Shown: piece by piece, positions 1 through 9,651 of the stretch | How positions within the stretch are numbered: the stretch's first letter is position 1 | How the letters are laid out: each line of letters starts with the position of its first letter | From: Clostridia bacterium | Lineage (GTDB): Bacteria; Bacillota; Clostridia; Oscillospirales; CAG-272 | Reading direction: 5' to 3' | Assembly (NCBI GenBank): GCA_017625755.1 | Contig: JAGAKG010000036.1 | Span: 92,952 to 156,951 of the forward strand | Length of the DNA: 64,000 nucleotides | Made by a program: the position numbers and the translations under genes | Notes under the pieces: model-generated | The model's input: the letters and a program-made list of their open reading frames with translations, nothing else | What the model was told of the DNA's origin: nothing | The model's database searches: none

Positions 1-222
1 GCATATTCAAAAAAAGACCTCGCCGTACTCTGGAAGCAGAGAAATCCCCAGTCGGTGCCTATCATCATAGGCGATACCGAGCACGATGCCGAGGTGGCAA
101 GGGCGATAGGATGCGATTGTGTCCTCGTGCGCGGCGGACATCAGTCTGAGAAAACGCTCTTGCGCTGCGGATTTACCGTCTGTGACGACCTTCGCGCAGC
201 GGTGCGGTATATAGAAAAATAA
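1..222 (+). CDS. HAD-superfamily hydrolase (phosphoglycolate-phosphatase-like), C-terminal fragment; the gene starts upstream of the window
   Basis: Frame +1 is open from base 1 to TAA at 220-222. It reads ...SVPIIIGDTEHDAEVARAIGCDCVLVRGGHQSEKTLLRCGFTVCDDLRAAVRYIEK, which contains a GDTxxD HAD motif. It is missing from the ORF track because it has no in-window start. The listed ORF 7..255(-) is its antisense shadow. Confidence 0.6.
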   Translation, partial: AYSKKDLAVLWKQRNPQSVPIIIGDTEHDAEVARAIGCDCVLVRGGHQSEKTLLRCGFTVCDDLRAAVRYIEK

Positions 223-252
223 AAATGGTTTGGCGGAAGCCAAACCATTTTT
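221..252. terminator. Bidirectional intrinsic terminator between convergent genes
   Basis: aaaaatggtttggc-ggaa-gccaaaccattttt forms a perfect 14-bp stem flanked by an A-run and a T-run. Confidence 0.75.
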
Positions 253-264
253 CACTTTATTTTA

Positions 265-1578
265 TTACTTTACAAATTCTCTGTATATCGCGTTGAGCGC
301 CTTTTCAAAGTCGTGCTCCTCGATGCCGACGATAATAGATATCTCGCTCGAGCCCTGGTCTATCATTCTTATGTTGATGCCCGCGTTTGAAATCGAGTCG
401 AATACTCTTGCGGCGGTACCCTTAGCCTTGACCATGCCTCTGCCGACGATTGCGATAAGCGCAAGTCCGTCCTCAACGGCTACCGAATCTGCTCTGACAT
501 TTCTGAGAATCGTGTTTACTATCTTCTCGCGTCTGTCCTCGAGAGATGCGGTCGATACGACTATACTCATATTATCAATACCCGAGGGGAGATGCTCAAA
601 GGAAATTTCGTTGTCCTCAAGTATTTCGAGAACCTTGCGTCCGAATCCTATCTCGGAGTTCATCATATCCTTCTCGATAGTTATAACCGAGAAGCCCTTC
701 TTGCCCGCGATACCCGTGATTATCTTCTCGGCGTCGTAATCCGAGCTTGACGCAACTATCATAGTTCCCTCAGCCTCGGGCGCGTTTGTGTTTCTTATGT
801 TTATCGGAATATTTGCGTATCTGACGGGGAAGATAGCGTCCTCGTGAAGGACACCCGCGCCCATATACGAAAGCTCTCGAAGCTCACGGTATGTTATGGT
901 GCTTATCGAGCAGGGATCTTCAACTATTCTGGGGTCGGTCATCATAAAGCCCGATACATCGGTCCAGTTCTCGTAGAGGTCTGCGTCAGCCGCTCTTGCT
1001 ACGATAGAGCCTGTGATATCCGAGCCGCCTCTGGAGAAGGTCTTGATAGTGCCGTTGGGCATAACACCGTAAAATCCCGGGATAACGGCTCTCTCGTGCT
1101 TCTTCAGCTCCTCGCGCATTACAGTATTCGTAAGCTCCTCGTCAAATGTGCCGTTGTCCTTAAAGAAGATGATATTCTCGGCGTCAATGAAGTCATATCC
1201 GAGGTACTTGGCCAGAATAATACCGTTGAGGTACTCTCCGCGGCTTGCCGCAAAGTCACGGCCCGAGCGATGCTGAAGCGCGTTCTTTATGTATTCAAGC
1301 TCGCCGCTTATATCGAAGTCAAGCCCAAGCTCTTTTATGATGCCGTTGTATCTTGCGGCGATGTTCTTATAGTATTCGTCAATGTTTTCCTGATTCTTTA
1401 CCATATTGTAGCAGGTGTAAAGCATATCGGTGACCTTGATATCGTCCTTGAAGCGCTTTCCGGGCGCCGAGGGAACGACATATCTACGCGCGGGATCTGC
1501 CTTGATTATACTTGCGACCTGTCTGAAATGATCTGCGTCAGCGAGGGAGCTTCCGCCGAATTTAACAACTTTTATCAT
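265..1578 (-). CDS. lysC: Aspartate kinase
   Basis: MIKVVKFGGSSLADADHF... carries the amino-acid kinase N-terminal KFGGSS motif, and the C-terminal part looks ACT-like (GMVKAKGTAARVFDSISNAGINIRMIDQGSSEISI). I moved the start to the ATG at 1576-1578, which follows GGAGAT. The ORF-track start at 1626 lies inside a terminator hairpin. Confidence 0.9.
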   Translation of the reverse strand: MIKVVKFGGSSLADADHFRQVASIIKADPARRYVVPSAPGKRFKDDIKVTDMLYTCYNMVKNQENIDEYYKNIAARYNGIIKELGLDFDISGELEYIKNALQHRSGRDFAASRGEYLNGIILAKYLGYDFIDAENIIFFKDNGTFDEELTNTVMREELKKHERAVIPGFYGVMPNGTIKTFSRGGSDITGSIVARAADADLYENWTDVSGFMMTDPRIVEDPCSISTITYRELRELSYMGAGVLHEDAIFPVRYANIPINIRNTNAPEAEGTMIVASSSDYDAEKIITGIAGKKGFSVITIEKDMMNSEIGFGRKVLEILEDNEISFEHLPSGIDNMSIVVSTASLEDRREKIVNTILRNVRADSVAVEDGLALIAIVGRGMVKAKGTAARVFDSISNAGINIRMIDQGSSEISIIVGIEEHDFEKALNAIYREFVK

Positions 1579-1589
1579 ATCAAATCTCC

Positions 1590-1628
1590 AAAAAAATATT
1601 GAATGGCAACATAAGTTACCATTCAATA
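1590..1628 (-). terminator. Intrinsic terminator of the upstream HIT/ABC transcript, directly in front of the lysC RBS
   Basis: On the minus strand the sequence is TATTGAATGGTAAC-TTAT-GTTGCCATTCAATA (13 of 14 bp paired) followed by TTTTTTT. Confidence 0.6.
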
Positions 1629-1656
1629 TTATATTGATATTTTATCCCGTTGTCAA
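1628..1656 (-). promoter_or_regulatory. Sigma-A type promoter for lysC
   Basis: On the minus strand: TTGACA (1656-1651), a 17-nt spacer, then TATAAT (1633-1628). Confidence 0.55.
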
Positions 1657-1740
1657 TAAGTTTTTAACTTTTTGTAGCAAACACCTAAAAAAAGGCGATG
1701 CGACGGGGGTTTATGTAGAAATATGACAATCGGAATTATC

Positions 1741-3696
1741 TTAGCTTTCGTTATTTTCGCCGCCCTCGGCGATATATCGCTTTGCCTGAGTGTTGAAAAG
1801 CTCGTAGTATCTTCCGCGCTTTTCCATAAGCGTTTTGTGGTCACCCTCCTCGATAAGCTTTCCGTATTCAAGCACGACTATCTTTGAGGCAATAGTTGCG
1901 CTTGAAAGTCTGTGCGAAACGAAGATAGTCGTTTTATCGGCTCTGAGTCTGTCGAACTGATTGAATATTTCCTGCTCAGCCATAGGGTCCAGAGAGGCTG
2001 TGGGCTCGTCGAGAATAAGAATATCGGAGTCGCTGTAAAAGGCTCTCGCGATAGAGAGCTTCTGCCATTGACCGATAGAAAGCTCTATGCCGTCCGCCTC
2101 GAAATATTTCATCAAAGGGGTGTCATATCCCGCGGGGAGCTTGGAGATATACTCGTCCGCGTTTGCTTGGGCTGCCGACTCGCGTATGCGCTCGTTGTCC
2201 GCGGGCTTTGCCATATCGCCGAATTGAATATTTTCCGCGACTGTGACCGCATATTTTCCAAAATCCTGGAAGATTATGCCGAATGTTTTGTAAAGCTCCT
2301 TGACATCGTACTCACGCAGGTCCTTGCCGTCGAGCAATATATATCCCTCCGTGGGGTCGTAAAGTCTTGTGAGAAGCTTGAGAAGCGTGGTCTTTCCCGC
2401 ACCGTTGAGTCCTACGAGAACCAAAGTCTCCCCAGGACGCAGGGTGAGATTTATGTTGTCCAGAACCTTGATATTCGTTCCGGGGTAGGAGAAGCTTACA
2501 TTTACGAACTCAATAGTATGAGGCTTGCCTCGGTTGACCGAAAGGGGCTTGTCTGTGCTCGGTATTACGGTCGGCTTTTCCTTCATAAAGGAGAGCAGAT
2601 TGTCGATAAAGAGGGTACCCTCATATACCGACGCCGATACCGTGATAAGCGACGCCACGGTTGAGACTATGGAGGTGAGAGCGCCTGTATAGAGCGAGTA
2701 GTCACCTATCTGTATCTCTCCCTCGAATACCTTAATGGCGATTATCGCGAAGAATGCGCAGTTGATTACAGCCGATATCGTAGAGATAATGATATGCCAT
2801 ACATTTTCCCTAATGATAAGCTTCCGCATACCCGCGTAGTATTTGTCGAAAACACTGTCGAAGCGCTCAATAAACTCGTCCGAGAGGTCAAACATGCGTA
2901 TTTCCTTGACCATATCCTTGTTGACCATAAGCGCCGAATAGTAGTTCATTTGTCTGCGCTCCTTTGAGCGGTGGCGCATATACATAACATTCTTTTTTCT
3001 GAAAGAGAAGTTTACTATCGCCGAGGGAACTGATATGAGAAGCATAACTATCGCGGTCCACCACATTCCGGGGGCGGTGGCGAGAATGACGATATAGCTT
3101 ATGAGGGTTATCGTCTTACTTACCGTGCTGAAGGTCGAGGAAAGGACAGTTATCGGTCGCATTCCCGCCTCGCGATTTGCGTTTTCAAGCTTTTCGTAAA
3201 ACTCGGGCAGGTCAAACGAGGCGAGGTCGACCTCCTTTGCCTTCTGCATTATCTGCACCTTTACATATCTTACCACCTTTTCTCCCGCAATTCGCGTGAC
3301 TGCGGTGTTGACTCGCGTGACGAGCTGGTTGAGTATACGATAAACGAAGTAAGCGATAAGCAGCAGCATTACCATAGAGCCCCAGAAAACTGCGGTGAAT
3401 GTCACGCCGCCGACATCCGCGGCAACTCTTTGTGAGATTATATTCTGAAGCTCGTTGAGGATATCCTTTGACAGTATAGCGCCGACGATAGGCAGAACAC
3501 CCTCAAGAAGCGCGATAAGAGCGAGGGATATCAATATCCACGGGCCTGTTTTCCAGACCATTGAAACGATGTAGAACAGGCGCGAGAAGAAGCCGCCGAA
3601 AAGCTCCTTGCAGAAGCGGGGAAGGTCTCTGAGATTTTTCGGGGGCTTTATATTGTTTTGAGGCTCTTGGGGCATACCCCTGAATACAGGTCCCAT
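1741..3696 (-). CDS. ABC transporter, fused permease/ATP-binding protein (exporter type)
   Basis: N-terminal six-helix TMD, then Walker A GLNGAGKTTLLKL, signature LSIGQWQKLSIARA and Walker B ILILDEPTASLD. Confidence 0.9.
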   Translation of the reverse strand: MGPVFRGMPQEPQNNIKPPKNLRDLPRFCKELFGGFFSRLFYIVSMVWKTGPWILISLALIALLEGVLPIVGAILSKDILNELQNIISQRVAADVGGVTFTAVFWGSMVMLLLIAYFVYRILNQLVTRVNTAVTRIAGEKVVRYVKVQIMQKAKEVDLASFDLPEFYEKLENANREAGMRPITVLSSTFSTVSKTITLISYIVILATAPGMWWTAIVMLLISVPSAIVNFSFRKKNVMYMRHRSKERRQMNYYSALMVNKDMVKEIRMFDLSDEFIERFDSVFDKYYAGMRKLIIRENVWHIIISTISAVINCAFFAIIAIKVFEGEIQIGDYSLYTGALTSIVSTVASLITVSASVYEGTLFIDNLLSFMKEKPTVIPSTDKPLSVNRGKPHTIEFVNVSFSYPGTNIKVLDNINLTLRPGETLVLVGLNGAGKTTLLKLLTRLYDPTEGYILLDGKDLREYDVKELYKTFGIIFQDFGKYAVTVAENIQFGDMAKPADNERIRESAAQANADEYISKLPAGYDTPLMKYFEADGIELSIGQWQKLSIARAFYSDSDILILDEPTASLDPMAEQEIFNQFDRLRADKTTIFVSHRLSSATIASKIVVLEYGKLIEEGDHKTLMEKRGRYYELFNTQAKRYIAEGGENNES

Positions 3697-3697
3697 A

Positions 3698-4036
3698 TCA
3701 GCCCATATTCTCGGGCAGACGGCGTCCGCCCATTATGTGAAAGTGGAGGTGCTTCACGGTCTGACAAGCGTCCTCTCCGCAGTTCGAGATTATTCTGTAT
3801 CCGCCATTAAGTCCCACCTCAGCGGCTATTTTGGGTATTGCCTCGAATATTTTCGCGGCGTAGACGCTGTTCTCGGCGTTGATTCCGTCAGCCGAGGCGA
3901 TGTGCGCCTTGGGAACGACGAGAATATGCACGGGGGTCTGAGGGTTTATGTCGTGAAAGGCATAGCAAAATTCGTCCTCGTAAGCCTTTTTTGAGGGGAT
4001 ATCTCCCGCAATTATTTTACAGAAAATGCAGTCCAT
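3698..4036 (-). CDS. HIT-family (histidine triad) nucleotide hydrolase
   Basis: MDCIFCKIIAGDIPS... plus the histidine triad HLHFHIMGG. Confidence 0.9.
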   Translation of the reverse strand: MDCIFCKIIAGDIPSKKAYEDEFCYAFHDINPQTPVHILVVPKAHIASADGINAENSVYAAKIFEAIPKIAAEVGLNGGYRIISNCGEDACQTVKHLHFHIMGGRRLPENMG

Positions 4037-4119
4037 ATTGAAATCTCCTTGATTTTGTGTTAAAATATAACATACAAGATAATTTTAACATAATATAGAA
4101 TAAAAGTCAAGGTGAGTAT

Positions 4120-5190
4120 ATGAAATTAAACATAGATATCGACCTGTGGCAGTATCTTTCGCAGAGCCGCAAAAGGGTAGTGATGTACGGAATGGGCAAC
4201 GGAGCGGACAAGATACTCCGTGTGTGTGAGAAAAAGGGAATAGAGGTTTGCGATTTTTTTGCGAGTGACGGATTTGTCCGCGGACACTCCTTTCACGGCA
4301 AGCGAGTGCTTTCCTATTCCGAAACGAAGGAAAAGTACGGAGTCGAAAATATTATAGTGCTGCTTTCCTTCGCCTCGTCTTTGCCCGATGTGATAGAGAA
4401 TATCCTCAGAATCGCCGACGAGTGCGAGCTTTACGCCCCCGATGTTCCCGTGTTTGGAGAGACGCTTTTCGATATGGAATTTTATAGCGCCCACAAGGAC
4501 GAGCTTATCGCCACCTACGAGTCCTTCGCCGACGAAGAATCGAGACGGATATTTGGAAATGTGATAGCCTATAAGCTCACGGGAGATATAAGGTATCTTG
4601 AAATTGCCGTCAGCGACAAGGAAAGTGTATACCGTGAGCTGCTCAAGGCTCATAATATTGAGAGCTGTATCGACCTCGGGGCGTATAACGGCGACACGGT
4701 AATAGAGCTTGCGGAGTATGCGCCGAGACTCAAAAGAGTTATAGCGCTTGAGCCAGACCGCCGAAGTATGAAAAAGCTTTCGCTGTATGCCGAGGGAGAG
4801 AGACGATTTAAGGTCTGTCCCGTGAGCGCCGCGGCGTGGTGTGAGAATACCTCGCTCGAGTTTGACGCGGGCGGAAACCGAAACTCAAATGTCTCGCATA
4901 CGGGCAAGACGGTTCTGATAGACGGCGTTGCCGTTGACACTATCGCGGAAGAGGACAGGATAGATTACATCAAATACGATGTAGAGGGCTCGGAGAGAGA
5001 GGCGCTTCTCGGCTCTGCGGAGACGATAAGAAGGTGCTCGCCGAGGCTGCTAGTGTCGGTCTACCACAGAAGCGAGGATATCTTCGCGCTTCCGAGTCTT
5101 ATCCGTGAGATAAGCCCCGATTACAGACTCTATCTGAGGCGTTATAGGTATATTCCCGCCTGGGACCTCAATCTTATATGCGTAAAATAA
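4120..5190 (+). CDS. FkbM-family methyltransferase
   Basis: The SAM-binding stretch IDLGAYNGDT and the IDYIKYDVEGSEREAL motif are typical of FkbM-type methyltransferases. Confidence 0.75.
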   Translation: MKLNIDIDLWQYLSQSRKRVVMYGMGNGADKILRVCEKKGIEVCDFFASDGFVRGHSFHGKRVLSYSETKEKYGVENIIVLLSFASSLPDVIENILRIADECELYAPDVPVFGETLFDMEFYSAHKDELIATYESFADEESRRIFGNVIAYKLTGDIRYLEIAVSDKESVYRELLKAHNIESCIDLGAYNGDTVIELAEYAPRLKRVIALEPDRRSMKKLSLYAEGERRFKVCPVSAAAWCENTSLEFDAGGNRNSNVSHTGKTVLIDGVAVDTIAEEDRIDYIKYDVEGSEREALLGSAETIRRCSPRLLVSVYHRSEDIFALPSLIREISPDYRLYLRRYRYIPAWDLNLICVK

Positions 5191-5221
5191 CCCGAAAATT
5201 GAAATGCTTCGCCGCGAATGA

Positions 5222-5250
5222 TTGACAAAAGGGTTTATATGTGATATAAT
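5222..5250 (+). promoter_or_regulatory. Sigma-A type promoter for hisS
   Basis: TTGACA (5222-5227), a 17-nt spacer, then TATAAT (5245-5250). Confidence 0.6.
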
Positions 5251-5282
5251 TTAATGTATTTTAATTTAGCGAACCGAAAGGA

Positions 5283-6596
5283 ATGACAAATATGTGCGCA
5301 CAGCTTTTATCAACAAAGCCTTATAAAGGAACGAGAGACTTCTATCCCGCCGATATGAAGCTCAGAAACTGGTTCTTCGGAAGGATACGCTCGGCTCTCG
5401 AGCTTGCCTCGTTTGAGGAATATAACGGTCCTATGCTCGAATCTCTTGAAATGTATATTGCCAAGAGCGGCGAGGAGATAGCTAACGAGCAGACCTATAA
5501 CTTTATGGACAGAGGCGGCAGACGCCTTGCCGTAAGACCTGAGATGACGCCTACCGTGGCGCGTCTTGTCGCGGGTAAGATAAACGAGCTTAACTTTCCG
5601 CTCAAATGGTTTTCTATCCCGAATCTTTACAGATATGAGAATCCCCAGAGAGGACGCCTGCGTGAGCATTGGCAGGTAAATGTCGATATTTTCGGCTGTG
5701 ATTCCTATGAGGCAGACCTTGAGGTTATTTCAACGGCTATCACGCTTCTCAAGGTGTTCGACGCCGATTCCTCTATGTTCAAGGTGCATATCAACAACCG
5801 CCGATTCTTCAACGATGTTATCGCGGCTATCGCGGGTACTGATGCCGAGGGAAGCAGAAGGGTGTCCAAGGTCATCGACCGCAAGAATAAGGTACCGAGA
5901 GAGGTTTATGAAAAGGAGCTTCTCGCGCTCGGACTTGACGCGGATAAAATTGCGAAGATCGACGCATTATATACAATGAGTGTTGCAGAGGCGGCGGCTC
6001 TCTGCCCCGAATCACGCGGAGCGCAGGAGCTTATCGACCTGTTCGCGGCGCTTGATGCGCTCGGACTTTCCGAATACTGCGTATTCGATTTCGGTATAAT
6101 CAGAGGACTCGACTACTACACGGGAACCGTGTTCGAGGTACTTGATACCGCTCCCGAGAACAACCGTGCTATGTTTGGCGGCGGAAGATACGATAATCTC
6201 GTCGGACTTTTCGTAAAGAACGCGACGGTGTCGGGCGTGGGCTTTGGCTTTGGCGATGTTACGCTTGAAAACTTCCTCGTCACGCACGATCTTATTCCCG
6301 ATATATACGCCGAGGGCGTAAAGGTGCTGGTCACAAAGTTTGACGATGTGCCTTATTGCGAGTACACCAAGATAGTATCAAACCTCAGAGAGGCGGGAGT
6401 TCAAAGCTCCATCTATATAGGCTCTAAGAAATTCGGAAAGCAGATAGAGTATGCCGTCAAGGGCAATTACAGCCATGTCGTCATTATGGGCGGAAGTGAG
6501 CTTGAAGCCGCTCAGATAAAGGTCAAGGACCTTCGCACAAGAGAAGAAATTACGCTTGACGCAGATAAGCTCGTCGGCTATTTTTCGGAGATATGA
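5283..6596 (+). CDS. hisS: Histidine--tRNA ligase
   Basis: Class II aaRS motifs are present (RPEMTPTVARL, RYENPQRGRLREHWQVNVDIFG, GGGRYDNLVG) together with a C-terminal anticodon-binding domain. An alternative start at 5292 has better RBS spacing. Confidence 0.9.
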   Translation: MTNMCAQLLSTKPYKGTRDFYPADMKLRNWFFGRIRSALELASFEEYNGPMLESLEMYIAKSGEEIANEQTYNFMDRGGRRLAVRPEMTPTVARLVAGKINELNFPLKWFSIPNLYRYENPQRGRLREHWQVNVDIFGCDSYEADLEVISTAITLLKVFDADSSMFKVHINNRRFFNDVIAAIAGTDAEGSRRVSKVIDRKNKVPREVYEKELLALGLDADKIAKIDALYTMSVAEAAALCPESRGAQELIDLFAALDALGLSEYCVFDFGIIRGLDYYTGTVFEVLDTAPENNRAMFGGGRYDNLVGLFVKNATVSGVGFGFGDVTLENFLVTHDLIPDIYAEGVKVLVTKFDDVPYCEYTKIVSNLREAGVQSSIYIGSKKFGKQIEYAVKGNYSHVVIMGGSELEAAQIKVKDLRTREEITLDADKLVGYFSEI

Positions 6597-7120
6597 CGCA
6601 GGCGGTAGAGCTTTGGACGCTCTGCTTTGAGGACTCTCGCGAGACGGCAGAGGAGTTCTTCTCGCTTTGCGGCGTGGGAACTCTCACGGAATACAGTCCG
6701 CAGGGCGAGCTTGCGGGAATGGCAAGTCTTGTTCCCGTGAGTGACAGTCTCGGTGGGCGGGGATATTATGCCTATGGCGTATGCGTACACCCGAGCTTCA
6801 GGGGTCAGGGACTTTTCCGTAAGCTTATGCTCAGGTGTGAGGAGACGGCGCGAGAACAGGGAGCTTCCTATCTTTGTCTCATACCCGCCGACGCCGAGCT
6901 GAGAGATACCTATATCCGTATGGGATATGAAATACCCGTTGAGCTTTGCACGGGCGGACGCGAGGGCGTCGCTATACGCTCGGGGAGCGAGGATTTCTCT
7001 CGCTTCGCGCAGACAGACGCAGAGCCTTCGGTGGAAATGAGAGGGCTTTTTAAGCCATTTGACGAGAGCTATTCGTCGGATATGAAATTTTATTTTCCCG
7101 AGAGAATGGGAGAATGTTGA
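6593..7120 (+). CDS. GNAT-family N-acetyltransferase
   Basis: Acetyl-CoA binding motif VHPSFRGQGLFRKLM. The gene overlaps the hisS stop by 4 nt (ATGA). Confidence 0.75.
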   Translation: MTQAVELWTLCFEDSRETAEEFFSLCGVGTLTEYSPQGELAGMASLVPVSDSLGGRGYYAYGVCVHPSFRGQGLFRKLMLRCEETAREQGASYLCLIPADAELRDTYIRMGYEIPVELCTGGREGVAIRSGSEDFSRFAQTDAEPSVEMRGLFKPFDESYSSDMKFYFPERMGEC

Positions 7121-7147
7121 AGCTATCAGAAAGTGAGACAGACCAAT

Positions 7148-7687
7148 ATGGTATACTTTTTTATTGCGGACGGCTTTGAGGAGATAGAAGCGCTTTGTCC
7201 GCTTGACCTGCTCAGGAGAGCAGGAATAGAGGTCAGAACCGTGGGCGTAGGCTCAAGGGAGATCACAGGCTCGCACGGAATTACGGTAAAGACGGATATG
7301 ACCGACGCTGAGTATAGCGACGGCGCTCCCGAGCTTGTATTTTTGCCTGGCGGTATGCCCGGAACGCTCAATCTTGCCGCAAACGCGACGGTAAGAGAGG
7401 CGGTTATGACGGCTTACGGTAACGGAGCTTATGTCGCGGCTATCTGCGCCGCTCCGATGATATTCGGAGAGCTTGGTATACTTCGCGGCAGAGAGGCTAT
7501 ATGCTATCCGAGCTTTGAGGATAAGCTCACGGGCGCGCGCATTTCAAGCAAGCGTACGGTTGCCGACGGAAATGTACTGACCGCGGCGGGTATGGGCGTG
7601 TCGCTTGATTTCGGTCTGCTTATAGTCGAGAAGCTTCGCGATAAGGCAACGGCAGACGAGCTTCGCCGTACGGTCATCGCCGACTGA
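7148..7687 (+). CDS. DJ-1/PfpI family protein
   Basis: MVYFFIADGFEEIEALCPLDLLRRAGIEV... with the nucleophile-elbow AAICAAP. I chose the ATG at 7148 over the GTG at 7133. Confidence 0.8.
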   Translation: MVYFFIADGFEEIEALCPLDLLRRAGIEVRTVGVGSREITGSHGITVKTDMTDAEYSDGAPELVFLPGGMPGTLNLAANATVREAVMTAYGNGAYVAAICAAPMIFGELGILRGREAICYPSFEDKLTGARISSKRTVADGNVLTAAGMGVSLDFGLLIVEKLRDKATADELRRTVIAD

Positions 7688-7688
7688 A

Positions 7689-8279
7689 ATGAACACAAAG
7701 GAAGAAAAAAAGGCGCTCAGAGCGGAGTACAGACGCCGCCGAGCGGAAATATCAGAGGAGCGCAAACGCGAGCTTGACGCAAGGATATGCCGAGAGATAA
7801 CCTCCCTGGCTTGCTTTCGCTTTGCCGATACGGTACTTATGTATTATCCGATAAAGGGAGAGATAGATATCACGCCCGTGGCGGCAGAGGCATTTGCGAG
7901 AGGAAAGCGAGTGGCGTACCCGATTTGCGATACCGAGAGCAGGACTATGACCTTCCGATATGTGGAGAGTCTTTCCGAGCTGCGCGAGGGAAGCTATTCC
8001 ATTCCCGAGCCGCACGAGAGCGCACCCGCGTTTGACGGGGGAGAGCACGCTCTGTGTATTATTCCCGCTTTTGCCTTTGATAAAGACGGATACCGCCTCG
8101 GCTACGGCGGCGGATATTACGACAGATTTTTGAAGAGCTTCGTGGGCACGGCTCTCGGGGCTGTCTATTCTGAGTTTCTGACAGATGCGCTTCCGCGCGG
8201 ATATTACGATATTGCGGCGAGCGTAGTAGTTACGGAAAGGGGGAGTGTTATCACAAATGCTGAAAAAGAGAAAAAATGA
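7689..8279 (+). CDS. 5-formyltetrahydrofolate cyclo-ligase
   Basis: LGYGGGYYDRFL motif, and the length is typical of the MTHFS family. Confidence 0.8.
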   Translation: MNTKEEKKALRAEYRRRRAEISEERKRELDARICREITSLACFRFADTVLMYYPIKGEIDITPVAAEAFARGKRVAYPICDTESRTMTFRYVESLSELREGSYSIPEPHESAPAFDGGEHALCIIPAFAFDKDGYRLGYGGGYYDRFLKSFVGTALGAVYSEFLTDALPRGYYDIAASVVVTERGSVITNAEKEKK

Positions 8280-9234
8280 AAATGGCGGCAAGTCGGCTAA
8301 GGCAGAGACAGACCGTCGGATAGTTCTCCAGCCTACCGTGGTAGTTCTCGCCACCTATCTGTTGCTTCTGCTCTCAAAGGTGATAGATGTGACGCTCATA
8401 AACCGAGATAACGAGTATATGAGTGTCGTTATACTCCAGATGATGATATTTCTTATTCCTGCGGCGGTATGGTGCCGTTTCAGCGGAGAAAAATATATGC
8501 GCTCGCTGCGTATACGCCCATTTAAGGCAGATTGCGTGGGCATAATCGTGGCTGCATCGGTGCTTATGATATCGGGCGGAGTGCTTATAAGCCTTCTGTT
8601 TGGCGGGCTCGAAAGCCTTTCGGAAAATTTCTCTCTGTACGACACTTTTATTTCAAAGGACGACGGAACCGCGCCCGTAAAGCTTTACCTTATTCTGGCG
8701 TACGCGGCGCTTCCCGCGCTCTGCGAGGAGTTTGTATACCGCGGAATACTCTGCCACGAATACGAAAAGGGCGGAGTTCTCAGGGCGATATTCATAAGCG
8801 CTCTGTTCTTCGGATTGCTTCATTTCAATCTGCAAAATCTTCCCGTATATCTTTTTGCGGGCGTGATACTCGCTATGACTATGTACGCAACCCGCTCGGT
8901 ATTCGGAGCGGTACTCGCGCATTTTCTCTATAACCTTTTCGGGCTTTTCGGACAGCCTTATGTCAATACATTTTATAATATCACGGGAAGCACAGAGCTT
9001 TTCGTATTTATACTTGGCTTTCTCTTTCTTACCTCGGCGGCGCTTTTCTGCGCTGAGGCGGCGAGACTTTATAAAAAGTATCTGGCAGAGGCGCATCCCG
9101 CAAACTACCGTCAGCCCTTGCTTCACGGCTTTGAGAATATACGCAATTCATATATAGAGGTGCTTATAAAGCCCTCGGCAATAGCCTGCTTCGCGCTTTA
9201 CATAATCGCCCTGATAGTTATGTGGATAGAGTGA
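8257..9234 (+). CDS. CPBP-family intramembrane metalloprotease (CAAX protease-like)
   Basis: Polytopic membrane protein with EEFVYRG and FGLLHF motifs. The start is uncertain (GTG at 8245 or ATG at 8257). Confidence 0.75.
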   Translation: MLKKRKNENGGKSAKAETDRRIVLQPTVVVLATYLLLLLSKVIDVTLINRDNEYMSVVILQMMIFLIPAAVWCRFSGEKYMRSLRIRPFKADCVGIIVAASVLMISGGVLISLLFGGLESLSENFSLYDTFISKDDGTAPVKLYLILAYAALPALCEEFVYRGILCHEYEKGGVLRAIFISALFFGLLHFNLQNLPVYLFAGVILAMTMYATRSVFGAVLAHFLYNLFGLFGQPYVNTFYNITGSTELFVFILGFLFLTSAALFCAEAARLYKKYLAEAHPANYRQPLLHGFENIRNSYIEVLIKPSAIACFALYIIALIVMWIE

Positions 9235-9282
9235 TTTTCTCTCCATATCTGCGGGCAGTAAAATGTAAGGCAGGTAGGTATT

Positions 9283-9651
9283 ATGGTAAAAGAAAAAAAT
9301 AACAGCGGAAAAAAAGACGATTGCGACGCGCGAAGAATAAGGCGCATCGCCTCGGCGATAATTCCGCTGTTTTTTCTGTCTCTCTTTCTGGCGGCGATCG
9401 TTATCTCTGTCGCCAACGATATGTACGCCTTTGTGAAGCCTGCGGGGGCAGTCACGCTTCAGATGAGCGGTGAGGAGACTCTTTTGTCGGTGGCTCGCAG
9501 ACTTGAGCGGGAAGGGGTGGTGAACAATCCGCTCGTTTTCTGCGCTTATGTCGGAACGAGGGGCGCGGGGGAACGGATAAAGAATTTTGAGGGGGAGATA
9601 GAGCTTGACTCGTCTATGAGTTACAGAGAAATTCTCAGAGCCTTTTCGTAG
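9283..9651 (+). CDS. Small membrane protein resembling only the N-terminal domain of MltG/YceG
   Basis: One TM helix, then VTLQMSGEETLLSVARRLEREGVVNNPLVFCAYV...GEIELDSSMSYREILRAFS. This parallels the N-terminal LysM-like region of YceG/MltG. No catalytic domain follows. Confidence 0.4.
   Translation: MVKEKNNSGKKDDCDARRIRRIASAIIPLFFLSLFLAAIVISVANDMYAFVKPAGAVTLQMSGEETLLSVARRLEREGVVNNPLVFCAYVGTRGAGERIKNFEGEIELDSSMSYREILRAFS

Noticed and set aside
7-255. ORF-track entry 7..255 (-), 82 aa.
   Set aside because: The plus strand in frame 1 encodes a convincing HAD-hydrolase C-terminus ending at 222. The minus-strand ORF also runs through the terminator hairpin at 221-252.
5191-5282. A possible T-box leader upstream of hisS.
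   Set aside because: The intergenic region is only about 90 nt and is mostly occupied by a TTGACA-17-TATAAT promoter. That is far too short for a T-box, and no specifier or antiterminator structure is visible.
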